From Octopus bimaculoides (taxonomy: Eukaryota), in contig NC_068987.1 of the NCBI RefSeq assembly GCF_001194135.2, forward strand, positions 63,066,833 to 63,130,823: a DNA stretch of 63,991 nucleotides, in the 5' to 3' direction. A program made the translations under genes and the position numbers. Each line of letters opens with the position of its first letter. The first letter of the stretch is position 1. The notes below the pieces were generated by a model that saw nothing but the letters and a program-made list of their open reading frames with translations, was not told the DNA's origin and ran no database searches. Positions 50,196-63,324 of this stretch are shown here, in pieces.

Positions 50196-50688
50196 TATTG
50201 TTATTTCTTCACTTTTCTCAGTCTTTCCCTCCATAAAGGAAACACCCATCGTTTAATAAACTTCTCAAAGTCAATGAACAGTTCTAATTAACCTAAAAAT
50301 AAGATATAATTAACCTAGAAATAAGATATAATAATAGATTAAAGCAGATATGTTTTTAGATGCCATCAGTTTTGATAACTTAGCTAGTTACTGTAAGAAA
50401 TTACCGAAGAAGGAACTTTTACAAAGTTGTTTGACCTGCCAAAATTAGCAGCAAAATTTTCATTATACCACATCGGCTGTTAAAAATGGACGCATTGGAT
50501 AACATAGTTTGAGGTAAAAAAAAGAAAAAAGATTGGATGGTCATGATTTGAATGCCTTTGATTATATAGATCTATTTGATTAGAGCTGTCTTGGGTTAAA
50601 ACATTATCTATGAGGTATTTGAACTTGGTCATTGAAAATCAAGTACTTTGAGTGACACAATGGTACAGAGGCAGCGATAGAGTAAAAA

Positions 50689-50944
50689 CTTTTCTACTCT
50701 AGGTACAAGGCCTGAAATTTTTGGGGAGTGGGGTCAGTCGATTAGATCGACCCCAGTACGCAACTGGTACTTAATTTATTGACACTGAAGGAATGAAAGG
50801 CAAAGTCGAAATTCTGCCAAGGTCGACTTTGACTTTCATTTTTCGCGGTTGATAAATTAAGTACCAGTTGCGTACTGAGGTCAATCTAATCGACTGGCTC
50901 CCTCCTCCCAAAAACTTTCAGGCCTTGTGCCTAGAGTAGAAAAG
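50689..50944. mobile_element. Two 5'-truncated family B SINEs joined back-to-back within one 11-bp TSD
   Basis: Left arm minus, right arm plus; ATAGAGTAAAA at 50677-50687 and 50946-50956. Confidence 0.85.
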
Positions 50945-51967
50945 AATAGAGTAAAATCTATTAATTTTTCTCTTGATTGTACAGAACTCAACCGTTTCTG
51001 CTCTCAGAAATAAGTTATGGAAGAATTGTCAAGTTGTTAAGATTTCTTTGATGAAGTATGAAATTGTTATCGCAGGTATTTTGAGATGATGAGATGATTG
51101 TTATGACATATTTTGAGGTCTTGAGGTTCAAAAAAAAAAAAAGGAGCCATTCTTCAGGCTTAGGAAGAAGGATAGTGGTAGTGTCAGTCAGCAGAATCTT
51201 GCAGATTGAAACTGTCCACAGTATTGTTGCCAAGTGAAATTGGTATGTTGCTACGGAGTGATATAGAAAATACACACAGAGAATGGATTTTATTCATTTA
51301 TTAATGACTTACACACATTTGCATAAAATTTCTTTATTTGTTGCTTAAGGCTACCATTGGTGTCATGTTAAAAAAATATCTTAATATCCTAACAATTTTT
51401 CAAGCTGATCCCATAGTGGAATATATGATAGGATCCTTTCAGTTTCTATCTACCAAAGCCACTCACAATTCTTTGGTTGGCTTGAAGCTATAATAGAAGA
51501 CACTTACCCAAGGAGCTGTACAGTGGGACAGAACTCAAGACCGCATAGCTAGGAAGCCAGCTTCTTAACCACAGATTATATAATAGAACTTCTGAAGAAC
51601 CATTAAAATATTAAAAGCTGTTAACTGTTTTTCTATGGAAATCAGATATATCCACTCAAAATTTCATTACCCTTAACTGTGGAAAGCAGTTTTATATACC
51701 AAACTACCTTTTGTTGTGCAATGTCATGTTTGAAACTATTTTTTGTTGGAATCAGTCAAATTCACTGAGTTAACATAACTTGCAGAAAATACCAAATCTA
51801 AGTTTTGTTAGATATTTAACATAATTACTGGAATAACCATAAAATTTAATTTCACAGTTAAAAGGTTAAAACAAACCTATGCACATGCAGTGACATTCCC
51901 ATGAATGTCTATATGCACACACATAGAATTGTATACAAGTGTTTTTTTATTTCTCTTTCTTACAGTA

Positions 51968-52091
51968 ATGACAGCAATTAAACACACACTTCAGCGGGAG
52001 GTATTTCTTCCCGCTGAAGAAAGACTTGTTGGCCTAGTTCATGTTGCAAAAGCAGGAAAGAAGAAAAAGAGTAGTTTCTTGTGTGCAGCAG
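51968..52091 (+). CDS. EXOC1: Exocyst complex component 1 (Sec3), first coding exon
   Basis: tacag|TA ATG; [41 protein letters not shown], closely matching the EXOC1 N-terminus; G|gtaagt. Confidence 0.95.
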
Positions 52092-52359
52092 GTAAGTCTG
52101 AATATCACTCCCGTTTACCACGAAAAAAAACAGCAAAAAAACATCACTCTAACTACCCCATTTCTCATTGACAGTAAGCAGAATTTATGGTGTTAGGTAA
52201 TGCATATCAAATATTTAAATATAATCATAAAATCTATGTATTTAGTATTGCCTTTGGTCAGGCAGGACAAAGTTTAACAAATACTGCATTTGGTTAATGT
52301 TTAAGAAAAGGAGAGTCTTAATGTTTTGGGCATTAGTCTTTCATCAGCGAGGAAGTGAA

Positions 52360-53060
52360 ATCAATGAGAGAGAGAGAGAGAGAGAAAATGGGATATGAGC
52401 CAGGCAGGAATGTGGTTCATGTGGGGGTGTAGGTGGGGAGTTAAGAAGTGTTTGAAAATGATCAAACAGTGGAGTTGTGTGTGTTTTTTTTTTTGGGGGG
52501 GGGGGTGTCTGCATGTAGAAATGTGCAGGTGTGGAAGTATAGTAGTGTAGGCTAGAGGGGGTGTGAGGTGTTGATGTGTGATTGTAAAGTGTGTATGGGG
52601 AAAGTGAAGATGTGAGGAGGTGAGAGCAGGTGTGTGTTTCAAGTTAAAGGGAAGGTAAGAATGTGGATAGTGCAAAGAAGTGTGTGCAGGGGTTTGAATG
52701 CAAGACACTGTTGCTTGGGAGATATGAACAAAAGAAGTAAAAGTAGGAGAAAAGGTTTAAGGAGAGAAGAGAAGAGGTCAGAGAAAAATGAATGATTATA
52801 AAAGACATTGGTAGAAGAAATGCTTTTACTAGTTCTGAGAGAGAAGTTATTTAGAAATCTCAAAAATGTTGGTGAAACATCTGAGGAAGAATTCTGTAAG
52901 AAAAATTGTGAATTCTGAGAGAAGCATTTTAGAAATTTCACAACACTAGCAAAACGTTTGGGGAAGCTGGAAAGTCCTTAAGATGTTGAGAAACTGGTAA
53001 AAACAAAAGAAGTTAAGAGAGGCAAATGGAGAGGAAAAAAGAAAGTGAAAGAAGTGTGTG
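52360..53060. repeat. Purine-rich tract followed (on minus strand) by a decayed hammerhead-like motif at 52317-52350
   Basis: G/A-rich + strand. Minus strand reads CTGATGA-AAGACTAATGCCC-AAAACATT. Confidence 0.45.
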
Positions 53061-53172
53061 TGTATACACTGGAGTGTGTGTGTGTTATACTCAGTATAAC
53101 ACTGTAAAAAAACTCATACAATATGATATACTATACACTATTCTATCTCGATGTCTCTTAACTTTATTTCAG

Positions 53173-53303
53173 TGACTGTTGATAGCCCTGTTCAAGCTCA
53201 TATCTACCAACTGAAGAAAGCAGACAAGGGCGAATCATATAAGAAAAAGTTGTCCTGGTTTCTTAGAGAACTGAAAGTGGTCGATGGCAAAGATGTCAAT
53301 AAA
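53173..53303 (+). CDS. EXOC1: EXOC1 coding exon 2
   Basis: ttcag|TG...AAA|gtaagt; VTVDSPVQAHIYQLKKADKGESYKKKLSWFLRELKVVDGKDVNK (Sec3 PIP2-binding/PH-like region). Confidence 0.95.
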
Positions 53304-54092
53304 GTAAGTATTACATTTGTTGGTTTTTAGCCCATGGATGATCTCTGGTCAATGTAGATAATTAGCTGAATGATTGGTGCAAGCCACAATACCAGATATG
53401 TCTTATCTCCACCTAGCTGAATTTGGGATCACATTGCTCTTTCTGACAAGCTTGTATGACTGAAAATCATTTTACAACTATCGCATGATGTGAAGACATG
53501 AAAGCACACACACACAAATACATGATGGGCTTGTTTTAGTTTCTGTCTACCTCATTCACTCATAAGGCTTTGGTTAGTCTGTGGCTGTAGTAGAAGACAC
53601 CGAAGGTGCCACTCAGTGGGACTGAATCTAGAGCTATAAGTTTGGGAAGCAAACTTCTTCCCACAGAGCCACATCAGAGAATATAAATCATAAATAGAAT
53701 TAGAGAGAAAGAGAGAAATTAGATGTGTTCTGTCTAGTTTCACATGTAATGTAGAATGACTTTTCTGTTAATAGATATAATATTGTTATGGATTGGAGTG
53801 AACATGGTCGTCTGGGCAGAAAATACAGAAATAAATTTGTTTGTACCTTCATTTTATGTTTTTTTTTTCTATGATAGCATAGGTTAAATGAATACATGTT
53901 AATAATCTTACAACTGGATGTTCTTGCTGGTGCTAACCCTTGTTTTGCAAATAAGGAATTTTTTTTACTGATTCCACATGTCTGTAAAAGTAGAGATCTA
54001 TTGGATGATTTCTTGTCAAGGAATTGTCAAACTTCACATATTGTGGATGCTATATTTTGCAAAATGCAACATAAACATTCACACAGATATGC

Positions 54093-54140
<48 letters not shown>

Positions 54141-54557
54141 ACACACTCACACAATGAACTTTGCACAGTTTACATCTACCAGAGTTACAGTCAAACATTT
54201 GTCTAATGTACTGTGTAAGTGGGACTGAACCTAAAATCACTTGGTTGAGAAATGAACTTCTTAACTGCAAAGCCCTATCTGTATCTAAATAAAGAAATAA
54301 AATGTATGCCACAATAAATCCTCATCTTCTGAAAAACCTTCAATTAAATATTGTGTAAACATGCTAGATATTGCTACAGTAGATATATTTTTATACAAAT
54401 ACATGCATACACACATGCTTACATATTTATATGTGAATGAATTTGAATGTGTGCGCATGTATGTGTGCATAAGCAATGAACTGTGTTTGTAATTTACTTA
54501 AGTTCAGTGTTGTTAATTTTAGCTTTTATTTTTAATAAAATATTTTTTGTGTTCCAG

Positions 54558-54659
54558 TTTTCAGAAATTGCAGAATTTGACCTCCATTTTGAGAAAGTTT
54601 ACAAATGGGTGGCCAGTAGCATGACTGAGAAGTCCAGTTTTATATCCTGCCTTTGGAGG
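54558..54659 (+). CDS. EXOC1: EXOC1 coding exon 3
   Basis: ccag|TTT TCA GAA...AGG|gtaagt; [34 protein letters not shown]. The 5' boundary is chosen as the only in-frame AG. Confidence 0.88.
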
Positions 54660-56291
54660 GTAAGTTCTAGCTTCCTCAGCTAAAGCACAACTCTTTGCTT
54701 GGACCAATGGATGTCTATAGCAGTTGTGGTCTCTTCTGAAACTATTCATCTTCCTATAAACCTAGGGTAAACTCTTGTCATCAATAATAATGGTTATTTC
54801 CAACAGAGTTATTCATCATCATCATCATCATTATCATCATCTAATGTTTGTTCTCCATGGTGGCATGGATTGCATGGTTTGACAGGAACTGGCTAAGTAG
54901 AAGACTGCACTAGGCTTCACTGACTGTTTTGGCAGGATTTTTACAGCTGGATGCCCTTCCTAACACAAACCCCCTTACAGAGTGAACTGAGTGCTTTTTA
55001 CATAGCACCAGTATTTCCCTATACTTATAAAATGTTAGCTTTTTCTCAATTTTCATATACATTTGAACTGTTTGTGTTGTATTTTTAAAATTCCTGTGGG
55101 GAAAATATCGAAGTTTTATAGAAAATATTAGATGAAATAAGTTTTATATACACTTTATTCTTTCATTAGTGAAGTTGATATCTCCTAGGTGGTTGAAAGG
55201 AGCCACGGTAATCCCCTGGATTGTACTTGGGTTGTTTCTTTTATTAGGACAATGACTGAATGCATCAAAGTTCCATCAAGCACAACTTGGCATGTTGATT
55301 GTTTAAAGAGAGGAAATAAATGATACAGTTGGTATGGGAAGAGCTAGACAAATGAAAAATTTATTTTATTCAGTTTATTTTAAATTAATGAATATTTTCG
55401 TTTTGAAAATTAGTTTTTATTTCATCATTTTGTATAAGCATCAAGATATTTGATAAAAATTAAATTATAATTGCTACATGTATGTCATATTTCCTAATAT
55501 TACCCATGGTGGTAAAATATACTGGATGCTTTTTCATGGTACTAGCACTTATGAGGTTGCTATGTAGCTTACAAGACTAGGATCTTCAATTGAGTGGGGT
55601 TACATTTAAGGTAAGTGGCTTTATGCTAGAAGATAAGAAACCAAAGTATTCAAGAAGGGGCCAGAACCAAACAGGTTCATGTAGCTGTTGATGAGCTTCA
55701 TGACTACTTATTTTATAGAAGGTTGGGTGGGGTGGAGGAAGAAAAGGAGGTACAATAGTAAAGCATGGGGTTCACACTTCTAGTTCACCTTCTAATTACC
55801 CTCAGGGCACTAGAAGGTGAAGAGAGGTGAATAGTTACAGAAGAAGAGAGGGTGGATAGAAGTTGTAAGAATGTATGGAGAGAATGAGAAATGGTTAGCG
55901 ATGGGAAATGGGTGAGGGGAAAAATATAATGAAGGAAAGGGTTGAGCAGTAGTTGATAGGTGGAGGGAAAGCAGGGAAAAGTAGGTGATGACTGTCAAGA
56001 TTAGGTAGTGTTGAGGGGTGTATACCCATACACTCATACACATATATATAGGGCATACTGAAATACAAATGTATACAAGTATAGATTCCCCAGACTATTG
56101 TAACATTCATGCTGTTAAAGTTTGAAATAATAATAGACTTTCTTAATCAGAATGAAAAATTGGTAATTTCCTTTAAGTAACTAAGCAAGAAACTGTTTTC
56201 CTTGTTAAGTTAGTTATGAATTAGTAAATTTGTATTGATGTGGATGATATTGATAATAACAATAATAATAATTACAATTTTTTGTTTTTAG

Positions 56292-56355
56292 CTAAGTCAA
56301 AGATACCACGTGCAGAAAGCTGACTTCCTGAATATTCCAAAGACATTGTTGGAAG
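56292..56355 (+). CDS. EXOC1: EXOC1 coding exon 4
   Basis: tttag|CTA...GAA G|gtagtg; LSQRYHVQKADFLNIPKTLLE. Confidence 0.9.
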
Positions 56356-57649
56356 GTAGTGTGGATAATTAAATATATTTAGTTGTTTTAATATTGATTG
56401 TTCACATTAGTACCAGGTTATATATCAGAAGAAGAGTGACCCCCCCCCCCCCAATACATGTAGAGTACACCTCACTGAGATGAAAATCCTAAAGTAAACC
56501 TTTTGAGGGTTTAAATGTGCAGAGTCAACTCTAAATATCTCACGGTTTTGCTTTCTTATCTCTGTTGCCATTGGTTGGTTTTTATACTAATGTTCATGAA
56601 GGGCAATGGATAGTAATTGGTGAAATTGTAGACGAAATGCCTGCAGATTTTAGTGAAACAATCGATATTTGATTCTCATGATCAGCTGACCTAATTCTGC
56701 ATTTCACTACCCAGTTTTGAACTGCTAAATATTATTATTGCACTTCCTCGATTTGCATCTTAAACCTTAAAGACTTCATTCATACATTTCTATACATACA
56801 TACTTTTTTGAATGCCCATTACTCCGATAATTCTGTATTTTTACAGTTATTCTTTTTCCATGGCAGTAGATAAATTTTTTATTCCACAACGTATTTGTAG
56901 CGGCTTCATGCAGGCATAGCGTGGATTCAATCCTCGATTGCCAAATTTCACTTAACTCTTCAACAGTGCTTCTCTCACGGTAAAACAATAGTTTTTCTGT
57001 GAATGGCAGCAGTTATACATTTCCCAGATGCCTTTGCTAAGCAGAATAATGTCTTTGCCACTTGACCCTTCTAACCTCTTCTAGGCCATCAGGGGCTGGA
57101 ATGGAGATAACAGACCTCCAACAAAATCATTTGTTCTCAACAATGTCTATCCTTCTGGCTGCTTTTCGATAGTTATAAAAACAAGAATCTCATAAGCTAA
57201 AGGCAGTTACTGAGAGTGATCATCAGTGAATGTGAATGTCATTGTTGCACTCTTCATAAAGTTCACCTTTAAAATGCCATGACGAATCACAGTACTTTCT
57301 TGCCAACCTCCAAAAACCTCTCTCACCAACCTCCAACAATCTTTTCCTCCTCCAGCTGCCAGTTTTTTTGCAATTTTTTGCAACGGAGAATACACCATTT
57401 GTGGCAGTTATAACGAAATTGCTTTCTTATATTAAAGTAATAAGGCATTTCAATAGAACATTTTTACCCCTGGGAATTACTGGGTACACCAGCTAGTTAT
57501 TAATATATACACACAGTTATAAATATATACACACACTTATATATGTGTGTGTGTCAGTGTATATGTGTGTGTGTATAGCTCTATACATTTGAGGTACTTC
57601 CTCACAGTGTGTGCCATTCATGTGTTCCTTTGTACTTTATCTTCAACAG

Positions 57650-57846
57650 AAGTATCTCGTCCATCAGGACAGAGTCAGATAGCTGCTGGTACTGATGACA
57701 TTGCTATGGTTGATGAAGACTACCAAGCTCTCTCTAGTAAAGAAGAAGCTGATCTTGAGCTCCTCATGTCTGAGTGCCAAATGGCTATCAGTAATGCAGA
57801 AGCCTTTTCTGAGCAGCTCTCCAAGCAGCTGTCCATGCTGGATGGT
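57650..57846 (+). CDS. EXOC1: EXOC1 coding exon 5
   Basis: aacag|AA...GGT|gtaagt; ...DEDYQALSSKEEADLELLMSECQMAISNAEAFSEQLSKQLSMLDG. Confidence 0.95.
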
Positions 57847-57957
57847 GTAAGTAGAATCACCAATGTCTTTCTCTTATAACAAGTTATTACAGTTATTACC
57901 TCCTCATCATCATCATCATCTTCATCATCATCATTTTTATAACTAGTAAAAATCTTT

Positions 57958-58022
57958 TTCCTTCCTTCCTTCCTTCCTTCCTTCCTTCCTTCCTTCCTTC
58001 CTTCCTTCCTTCCTTCCTTCCT
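57958..58022. repeat. (CCTT)n microsatellite running into a gap; (TA)n at 58925-58984 on the far side
   Basis: Read directly. Confidence 0.95.
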
Positions 58023-58924
58023 NNNNNNNNNNNNNNNNNNNNNNNNNNNNNNNNNNNNNNNNNNNNNNNNNNNNNNNNNNNNNNNNNNNNNNNNNNNNNN
58101 NNNNNNNNNNNNNNNNNNNNNNNNNNNNNNNNNNNNNNNNNNNNNNNNNNNNNNNNNNNNNNNNNNNNNNNNNNNNNNNNNNNNNNNNNNNNNNNNNNNN
58201 NNNNNNNNNNNNNNNNNNNNNNNNNNNNNNNNNNNNNNNNNNNNNNNNNNNNNNNNNNNNNNNNNNNNNNNNNNNNNNNNNNNNNNNNNNNNNNNNNNNN
58301 NNNNNNNNNNNNNNNNNNNNNNNNNNNNNNNNNNNNNNNNNNNNNNNNNNNNNNNNNNNNNNNNNNNNNNNNNNNNNNNNNNNNNNNNNNNNNNNNNNNN
58401 NNNNNNNNNNNNNNNNNNNNNNNNNNNNNNNNNNNNNNNNNNNNNNNNNNNNNNNNNNNNNNNNNNNNNNNNNNNNNNNNNNNNNNNNNNNNNNNNNNNN
58501 NNNNNNNNNNNNNNNNNNNNNNNNNNNNNNNNNNNNNNNNNNNNNNNNNNNNNNNNNNNNNNNNNNNNNNNNNNNNNNNNNNNNNNNNNNNNNNNNNNNN
58601 NNNNNNNNNNNNNNNNNNNNNNNNNNNNNNNNNNNNNNNNNNNNNNNNNNNNNNNNNNNNNNNNNNNNNNNNNNNNNNNNNNNNNNNNNNNNNNNNNNNN
58701 NNNNNNNNNNNNNNNNNNNNNNNNNNNNNNNNNNNNNNNNNNNNNNNNNNNNNNNNNNNNNNNNNNNNNNNNNNNNNNNNNNNNNNNNNNNNNNNNNNNN
58801 NNNNNNNNNNNNNNNNNNNNNNNNNNNNNNNNNNNNNNNNNNNNNNNNNNNNNNNNNNNNNNNNNNNNNNNNNNNNNNNNNNNNNNNNNNNNNNNNNNNN
58901 NNNNNNNNNNNNNNNNNNNNNNNN

Positions 58925-58991
<67 letters not shown>

Positions 58992-59179
58992 CATCATCAT
59001 CATATGTAGTTTTCCAAGCTGGCACCAGCATTTATGTGCAAACAGAATGTACAGTGCTATTTATAGGATACCTACTGAGGCATGATAGAGAAGCTGGTTA
59101 GCTTCATTGGAAAATCTGTCAACATTACCAGATCTTTACTTTTAATAACTCTGTAGATATCCAAAGTGGAACATCCACT

Positions 59180-61700
59180 GATTCTATTGCCCACGCTCAC
59201 TGTAGAGGACAGTGAGCATCTGATGACATTCTGAGTGTCAGGTGCCCAGTCTCAGCCTATCCTTTACCCAGGACTGCAGCTCCGTCAAGGAGACGAGCTG
59301 TGGAAAGGCATGTCCCACAAACGGAGCCCACACAAGTTCACCTTCTAGAAATCGCTGCAGGTGATGCAACCTGAATACATATCTGTGCATTAAAAGCCAT
59401 GGCATGCCTAAGCTGCCATGCAAAGGAAGTTGGCAGCAGACCGACTACCTGACCATTGGAATGCGTCCCTTCCACAAGAAAATAAACAGGATATGCTCCA
59501 ATCTAATCATGCGGTAACTGGGGCATGGCACGATGGTCAGATGATAAATAATGACAGAGGTGATGTAGGCATTCACCACCTCTGCCTGACCTTTCAGGGA
59601 CAATTTCCTTTCTGCCCATTTCTGGGCAAGAGAGGTCACCCTGTTCGTCACCTCTTCCCAATTCTTATCCACCTGGAGGTTGGGACCAAATAAAACCCCA
59701 AGCAGTTTAGTCCAGCATCCAATGACACCGTCTGATGACATCGATCTGCCTTACCAGGTGCCCAGTCACAATTCCACTGACTTTTCGGCATTGATTTTAA
59801 CCCCTGCAACTAATTCCTTTGCAATGGAGCTAACTGTCTTCATTTCAGAGGCATATGACACCTTGATGGTGATGTCGTCTGCATATGCAGACACTGCCCT
59901 CCTGAGTTCAATTTCGAAAGGGAGGCCTCTTAACTGTTCCAACTTCTGCAACAGTGGCTTGGAGCCACTACATACAGAGTAGGTGACAGCAGGCAGCCCT
60001 GACAGACCGAACATGCGGTTCCGATAGGTGGCCATTTACTTTGACCACCGAGCAGGTGCCACTGTGCATTGCAGTAATCCAGCCTCTGAAAATGGATCCG
60101 AAACTGGCTGCTTTAAGGACAGCTTCCAAGTAGTGATTGTCTACCCTATCAAAAGCTTTCAACTGTTATAAATTGATCAGGGCCCCGCCAATACCAGCTT
60201 TAGTTTTAGCCCTCTCTATGATGTATTGCATAAGGTGTAGGTTGTTGTAGGTAGACCTGCTTGGGATTGCACACGTTTGTGCCTCTCTGACCATACTACC
60301 ACCGACAAGCGCCAACCTTATTGCTAACACCTTGGCCAAAATTTTAAACTTTGTGCTTAGCAGAGTTATGGGCTGAAAATTCCCTAGCACATCCCCATTG
60401 TCAGCATCCTCTCTCAGCAGTGTTACCACACCCCAGCTAACAGCACTAGGAATTCTCCTATTCTGCTGCCAGTTACTTTAGACGGTTTACCTCTTAAATT
60501 ACCTGCTGCCGTATACCTTATACCGAGGACCATACTTACTGAGGTAATTACCAGGAGTGCCTCCGGATACTTCTATCCCTTAGAGGGCTTAACACCTCTA
60601 ACTTATACCTTACATAATATATATATATATATGTACATACACACAAACATATATATATATTGGCCTTCGTGCGGGTGACACGTAAAAGCACCCACTACAC
60701 TCTCTGAGTGGTTGGCGTTAGGAAGGGCATCCAGCTGTAGAAACTCTGCCAAATTAGATTGGAGCCTGGTGTTGCCATCCAGTTTCACCAGTCCTCAGTC
60801 AAATCGTCCAACCCATGCTAGCATGGAAAGCGGACCTTAAACGATGATGATGATGATGATGATGTACCAAGAAGCTGCCAAACAAATCTGGCATGTAAAC
60901 ATAGAATTCATAGGGCAGACCATCCAAACCAGGAGATTTGTGACTTGTGCAGTCGCTCATCTCTCTCATATTTGAGAGGCTGTAATTGGCTTTTTGCAGA
61001 ATCTCGTGTTCGTCACCAAGAGCCGTGGTAGGCCATCTAGGTACAAAGTAAACTTCACTACTGCCATCGACCCATCACCCTCCTCAAACAGTGGTGTAAA
61101 GTGCTGCTGGAAAGCTGCACACATCCATCTTGATCTGTCAAAGACTTGATCGTGGTTTTGTTTCCACGTCACGTCTCTACTGTTCAGGCCCATTGGACAG
61201 CTTTAGTTCCTTTATGTTTTAATGCATAAGCCTTAGCTCTTAATATGCACCATTCGTGTTTTGCCTCAAAGAAATGGTCAAGGGTCATTCTCACTGCTAA
61301 CATGTCAATCATGATGCCTTTACTAATAGCCTCTTCTAGTTTGCTAACTAGTTCTCCTAATCTATTTCTTTGTATTGCTAAATCTTTGCTCAACACTATC
61401 CATTATACTCTAATTGCTCTCTTCAGAGTGATCCACCACCGGTTGTTGACGATAGCGCCTGTCAACTGCTGCTAATCTGGTCCCTGTAGTCTTTGTGAGT
61501 CAGTATGGATGCATTCAACTTCCAGTAACTGGGTCCCTGTTTATGGGTCCTATCTAAATTGACTGAGTATATCACAAATTTGTGATCTGTGTAGCCGACC
61601 AATTTAAATTATGGACAACCTATGCTATCCCTATCCTCTGACCTAACAAATACGCTATCTAAATACAATCTGGATGACCCACTGTGGTTGCTCCATGTCC
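59180..61700 (-). mobile_element. Decayed L1/Tx1-clade LINE ORF2 (endonuclease end, linker, RT), antisense in an EXOC1 intron
   Basis: 'LYLDSVFVR', 'YTDHKF', 'PSYWKLNASIL', 'NFQPITLLSTKFKILAKVLAIRL', 'KAFDRVDNHYL', 'SAYADDITI', 'LSLKGQAEVVN'. Frameshifted and interrupted at ~60430-60865. Confidence 0.9.
60661..60864 (+). mobile_element. SINE-like family C copy nested in the Tx1 element
   Basis: Ends 'ggaccttaaacgatgatgatgatgatgatgatg'. Confidence 0.9.
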
Positions 61701-62267
61701 ATATTGGCACATCATGGAAATTCAGTTGGTACTTGTCATATAGGACTGCTGCTTCATGGACCTGTATAAAATTAATTGTGTGTAATGATGAAATATGTTA
61801 ATATAGTAATATAATTTTAATATGAGATAATGTTAATAATAATACATCAATATATGTAAAAATCAACGATGATAATGATTTATCACACACACACACATAC
61901 ACTAGCATCATCATTTAATGTCTGTTTACCATGCTGGCATGGGTTGGACAGTTTGACCAGAGCTGGCAAGCAGGAGTGCTGCATCAGACCCCAGTCTGAT
62001 TTGGCTTGGTTTCTATAGCTAGATGCACTTCCTAACACCAATCACTTTACAGAGTGTGGTAGGTGCTTTTTACATGACACCAGTGTATGCGCATGTGCAC
62101 ACACACACACACACACAAAAGAAAAGTACAGTTTAGAATATGGGCAATCAAGCTTCCTATTGTGTCTATGTACATGTTTATGTGTAATGTGTATCTGTAA
62201 TAAATGATAATGTGTGAAGTGCACTTCCAAAACTTATATATTTATCATAAACCTAATTTCAAAACAG

Positions 62268-62369
62268 AATGTAAAAGACCAGATGGAAGTAATGAAGGAC
62301 AAAGACATACTCATCACATTGAGGAACAAAAACTATGAGAAGCTTTTACATGAACTGGACACTTTGGTT
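62268..62369 (+). CDS. EXOC1: EXOC1 coding exon (7th expected)
   Basis: aacag|AAT...GTT|gtaagt; NVKDQMEVMKDKDILITLRNKNYEKLLHELDTLV. Confidence 0.9.
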
Positions 62370-63324
62370 GTAAGTAAAACACAAATCAAAATTCATTCTC
62401 ATTCTTTGTTGGATATCTTCTTTCTTGTTGAATCCATTTTGACTCCTTAGCTTACAGCGTGTGTTTTTTGATAATTTCATTGTTAGAAGTATTGAATATG
62501 TAGTATCATGGACTATCATGTGTTTTTATGTTCAGTGTTCAGATATCTTCGAAAACAGTGATATATTCTGTAAGACAGTAACTGTAGGAAAGACATGAGT
62601 AGAGGGAAGATTCTAGAAGCTGACGTTCTGAGTAGGAAGGACTATACATAGTGATTATGTGAGGCCTGGGAGGGTTGGATGCAACATTGGTGATAATAGT
62701 TTCAAATTTTGGCACAAAGGCCCACAGTTGTAGGGGAGAGGAATAGTCAATTACATTAACCCCCCAGTGCACAACTGGTACTTATTTTGTTGACCCTGAA
62801 AGGATGAAAGATGAAAGGCAAAGTTAATCTTGACATTACTTGAACTTTGAACTCAGAAAGTAAAGAGCTATATGTAAAGCTGCTAAGCATTTTGCCTGAC
62901 ATGCTAACAATTCTGCCAGCTCACCATTTTAACACAGACATAGGTAATAGTGGTCTCAGAGTTTGGCTGATGGTCTAAGTTGATTAGATCGACCCCAGTG
63001 TTCCACTGGTACTGATGTTATCAACCTTGAAAGAATAAAAGGCAAAGTTGACCCTGGTGACATTTGGATTCAGAATGTAAAGATGGACAAAATGCTGCTC
63101 TGCTTGTTGCCTGGCATGCTGGCATTTCTGCTGGGTTGCCACCTTACACAACATTGGTAATAATAAGAGAAGGGGTGAGTGAGTCAGATGTGTATATGTA
63201 TGTGCATGTGTGTGTGGTGTATTTTGTTTCTTGTTTCTTTCTCTTTTGCTTTGTTATAAAACAGTCTACGTTTGTATTGATTGAGCAGAGGTGTTAATGC
63301 ATTTCTCTGTAACTTCTCAACTAG

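Noticed and set aside
55784-55821. 11-bp inverted repeat TTCACCTTCTA/TAGAAGGTGAA
   Set aside because: Short enough to arise by chance next to a purine-rich tract; no other support.
59157-59216. 'DIQSG...' after ctgtag, considered as the missing EXOC1 exon
   Set aside because: Similarity is limited to IQS and the frame hits a stop.
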